Assembly: GCF_009914755.1 (NCBI RefSeq)
Contig: NC_060935.1
Length of the DNA stretch: 64,000 nucleotides
Origin: the human T2T-CHM13v2.0 reference genome, Homo sapiens
Reading direction: 5' to 3' (one strand)
Both the position numbers and the translations under genes were made by a program. Under the pieces are notes generated by a model. It was not told the origin of the DNA. It did not search any database and saw only the letters and a program-made list of their open reading frames with translations. Shown here piece by piece: positions 60,955 through 64,000 of the stretch. Numbering within the stretch: the stretch's first letter is position 1; each line of letters opens with the position of its first letter.

Positions 60955-63460
60955 ATTTTTAATTTTTAAAATTTTCAACTTTTATTTTAGGTTCAGGGGT
61001 ACTTGCACAAGTTTGTTACATTGGTATATTGTGTGATGCTAAAGTTTGGGGTATGATTGATAATATCACCAAGGTACTGAGCATAGTATCTAATAGGTAG
61101 TTTTTCAGCCCTTCCCCCCTCTTCGCTCCCCACTCTAATAGTCCCCACTGTCTACTGTTCCCATCTTTGTGACCATGAGTACCCAATGTTTAGCTCCCAC
61201 TTATAAGTGAGAACATGTGATATTTGGTTTTCTATTCATGCATTAATTTGCTTAGGATAAAGACCTCCAGCTGTATCCACGTTGCTGCAAAGGACATGAT
61301 TTTGTTCTTCTTTATGGCTGCATAGTATTCTATGGTGTATATGTACCACATTTTCTTTATCATTCCATCATGGATAGGCACCTAGGTTGATTCCATGTCT
61401 TTGGTATTGTGAATAGTGCTGAAATGAACATACAAGTGCATGTGTGTGTCTTTTTGGTGGAACAATTTATTACCCTTTGAGTATATACCCAACAGTGAGA
61501 TTGCTGGATTGAATGGTAGTTCTGTTTTAAGTTCTTTGAGAAGTCTCTAAACAGCTTTCCACAGTGGTTGAACTAATTCACATTCCCACCAGTAGTGTAT
61601 AAATGTTCCCTTTTCTCTGCAGTCTCCCCAGCATCTATTTTTTTTTAATAATAGCCATTCTGACTTCTGTAAGATGATATCTTATTGCATTTCTCTAATT
61701 ATTAGTGATGTTGAGCATTTTTGCATATGTTTGTTGGCTGCTTTTATGTCTTCTTTTGATAAGTGTTTGTTCATGTCCTTTGCCCACTTTTTAGTGGGGC
61801 TGTTTGTTTTTTACTTGCTGATTTGTCAAAGTCCCTTATAGATTCTGGGTATCAGACCTCTGTTGGATGCATAGGCTGAAAATACTTTCTCCCATTTTGT
61901 AGGGTATCTGTTTATTGTGTTGATAGTTTCTTTTGCAGTGAGAAGCACTTTAATTAGGTCCCACTTGTCAATTTTTTGGTTGTTGTTGTTGAGATTGTTT
62001 TTGAGGTGTTAGCCATAAATTCTTCACCAAGGTTGATGTGCAGAATGATATTTCCTAGGTTGTCTTCTAGGATTTTTATAGTTTGAGGTCTTACATTTAA
62101 ATCTTTGAGCCATCTTGAGTTAATTTTGCATATGGTAAAAGGTAGGGATCCTATTTCATTTTTCTGTATATAGCTGGCCAGCTTTCCCAGCACCATTTAT
62201 TAAATAGGGGATACTTTCCCCATTGCTTATTTTTGTCAACTTTGTCAAAGATCAGATGGCTGTAAGTGTGAGGTTTTATTTCTGGGCTCTCCATTCTATT
62301 CCATTGGTCTATGTGTCTGTTTTGTATTAGTACCATGCTGTTTAGGTTACTGTAGCCTTATAGTATAGTTTTAAATCAGGCAATATGATGCCTCCTGCTT
62401 TGTTCTTTTTGCTTAGGATTCCTTTGGCTATTCAGGATTTCTTTGGGTTACATTATAAATTTTAGAATTTTTTTCCTAAATCTGTGAAAAATGACATTGG
62501 TAGTTTGATAGGAGTAGTGTTGAGGCTGTAGACTACTTTGGGCATATAGCCATATTAAGGATACCAGTCCTTCCAATTCATGAGCATGGACTGTTTCCCT
62601 TTTTATTTGTGTGATCTCTGATTTTCTTCAGCAGTGTTTCATAATTCTCCTTGAAGAGATCTTTCACTCCCTTGGTTAGAGGTCCTCCTAGATATTTTAT
62701 TTTTTGGTGGCAATTGTGAACAGAATTGTGTTCTTGATTTGGCTCTCAACTTGTATGTTGTTGGTATGTAGAAACGTTATTGATTTTTGTACACTGATTT
62801 TGTATCCTGAAACTACAGAAGTAGTTTATCAGTTCTAGCAGCCTTTTGGTGGAGTCTTTAGGGTTTTCTAGGCATAGAATCATATCATCAGCAAACAGAG
62901 ATAGTTTGGCTTTTTCTTTTCCTATTTGGATGCCGGTTATTTCTTTCTTTTTCCTGATTGCTCTGGCTAGAACTTCTAGTACTATGTTAAATAGGAGAGG
63001 TGAGAGTGAGCATTCTTGTCTTGTTCCAGTTCTGAAAGGGAATGCTTCCAACTTTTTGCATTCAGAGTGATGTGGGCTGTGGGTTTGTCATACCTGGCTC
63101 TTATTATTTTGAGGTATGTTCTTTTGATGCCCAGTTTGTTGATGGTTTTATTGTGAAAAGATATTGGCTTTTATAGAAAGCTTTTCCCATGTCTATTGAG
63201 ATGATCATATGGCTTTTGTTTTTAATTCTCTTTATGTGGTGAATCACATTTATTGATTTGCGTATATTCAACCAACCTTGCATCCCAGGAAGAAAACCTA
63301 CTACATTGTGATGAATTAACTTTTTGATATGCTGCTGGATTCAATTTGCTAGTATTCTGTTGAGGATTTTTACATCTATGTTCATCAGGGATATTGGCCT
63401 GTGATTTTCTTTTTTCAGTGTCTTTGCTAGATTTTTGTTATCAGGGTGATGTTGGCTTCT
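60955..63460 (-). mobile_element. 5'-truncated L1 (L1PA15/16-like)
   Basis: 3'UTR at ~60960; ORF2 translations at 61954-62336 and 62746-63051. Confidence 0.85.
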
Positions 63461-64000
63461 TAAATAATCTGTTTCCCTTTTCTGCTTTTCTTAGTTGGGA
63501 AATTACATATTATTTTAGTTTTTCTTTAGGTCTATTCTAGAGATTAAAAATTTATCCTCAACTTGTAGAAGTTTAGGGTTGACTAGTACTTTAGTTCCTC
63601 TGGGATTATCTTACAGTTCACTAATTCTCTTTAGTTATGTCTAATGTGCTATTAAAATCATTCACTGAGATCTCAATTTTAAATATTATATCTTTCATTT
63701 CTGGAATTTATAGTTAGTCCTGTTATACAGCTTTCAGTTCTGTCTTGAAATTTTCAAACTTATCATTTAAGTATTTTTTTTTCCAAGAAAGTAAGTATAT
63801 TTTCTGAACTCTTGTCTGAGTGGTATTCTTTTGCTTTTATTCAAGAATCTCATGCTCAATGAAATTTTTCATATGTAAAGCCAAAGTAAGTTAATCTGAT
63901 TTCCTTCTTTGTGTATTCTACTGGGATCATTCTTGATTAAAAACATATTCTAGAAAATAAAACAAGAGTGAAAATATACAATTTGAATATGGTATAGGAT

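Overview
Human (primate) genomic DNA from an olfactory-receptor cluster. I recognise it as the OR4B1 / OR4B2P / OR4X2 segment of chr11p11.2, from memory of the proteins and not from a search. It holds one intact OR ORF (OR4B1, 26306-27235), a decayed tandem paralogue (OR4B2P, ~36929-37834) and OR4X2 (54594-55505), which here carries an in-frame TAG at codon 27. Most of the rest is transposon-derived: L1PA/L1PB/L1M, Alu, MIR/L2, MaLR and MER4 LTRs, an LTR12 solo LTR and hAT MERs. There are no prokaryotic-type systems. The best novel candidate is a 76-bp mini-exon (53078-53153) with a strong-Kozak ATG and a phase-0 donor. It would splice in frame onto OR4X2 and restore the N-glycosylation sequon lost with the ancestral ATG, making OR4X2 a split-coding OR. 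Other observations: a duplicated O/E + homeodomain promoter block shared by OR4B1 and OR4B2P, loss of the DRY arginine in all three ORs, an 87-bp templated insertion, inverted L1PB arms with an apparent conversion patch, and a 90-bp palindrome. Repeat subfamily calls and many boundaries are by eye and approximate.
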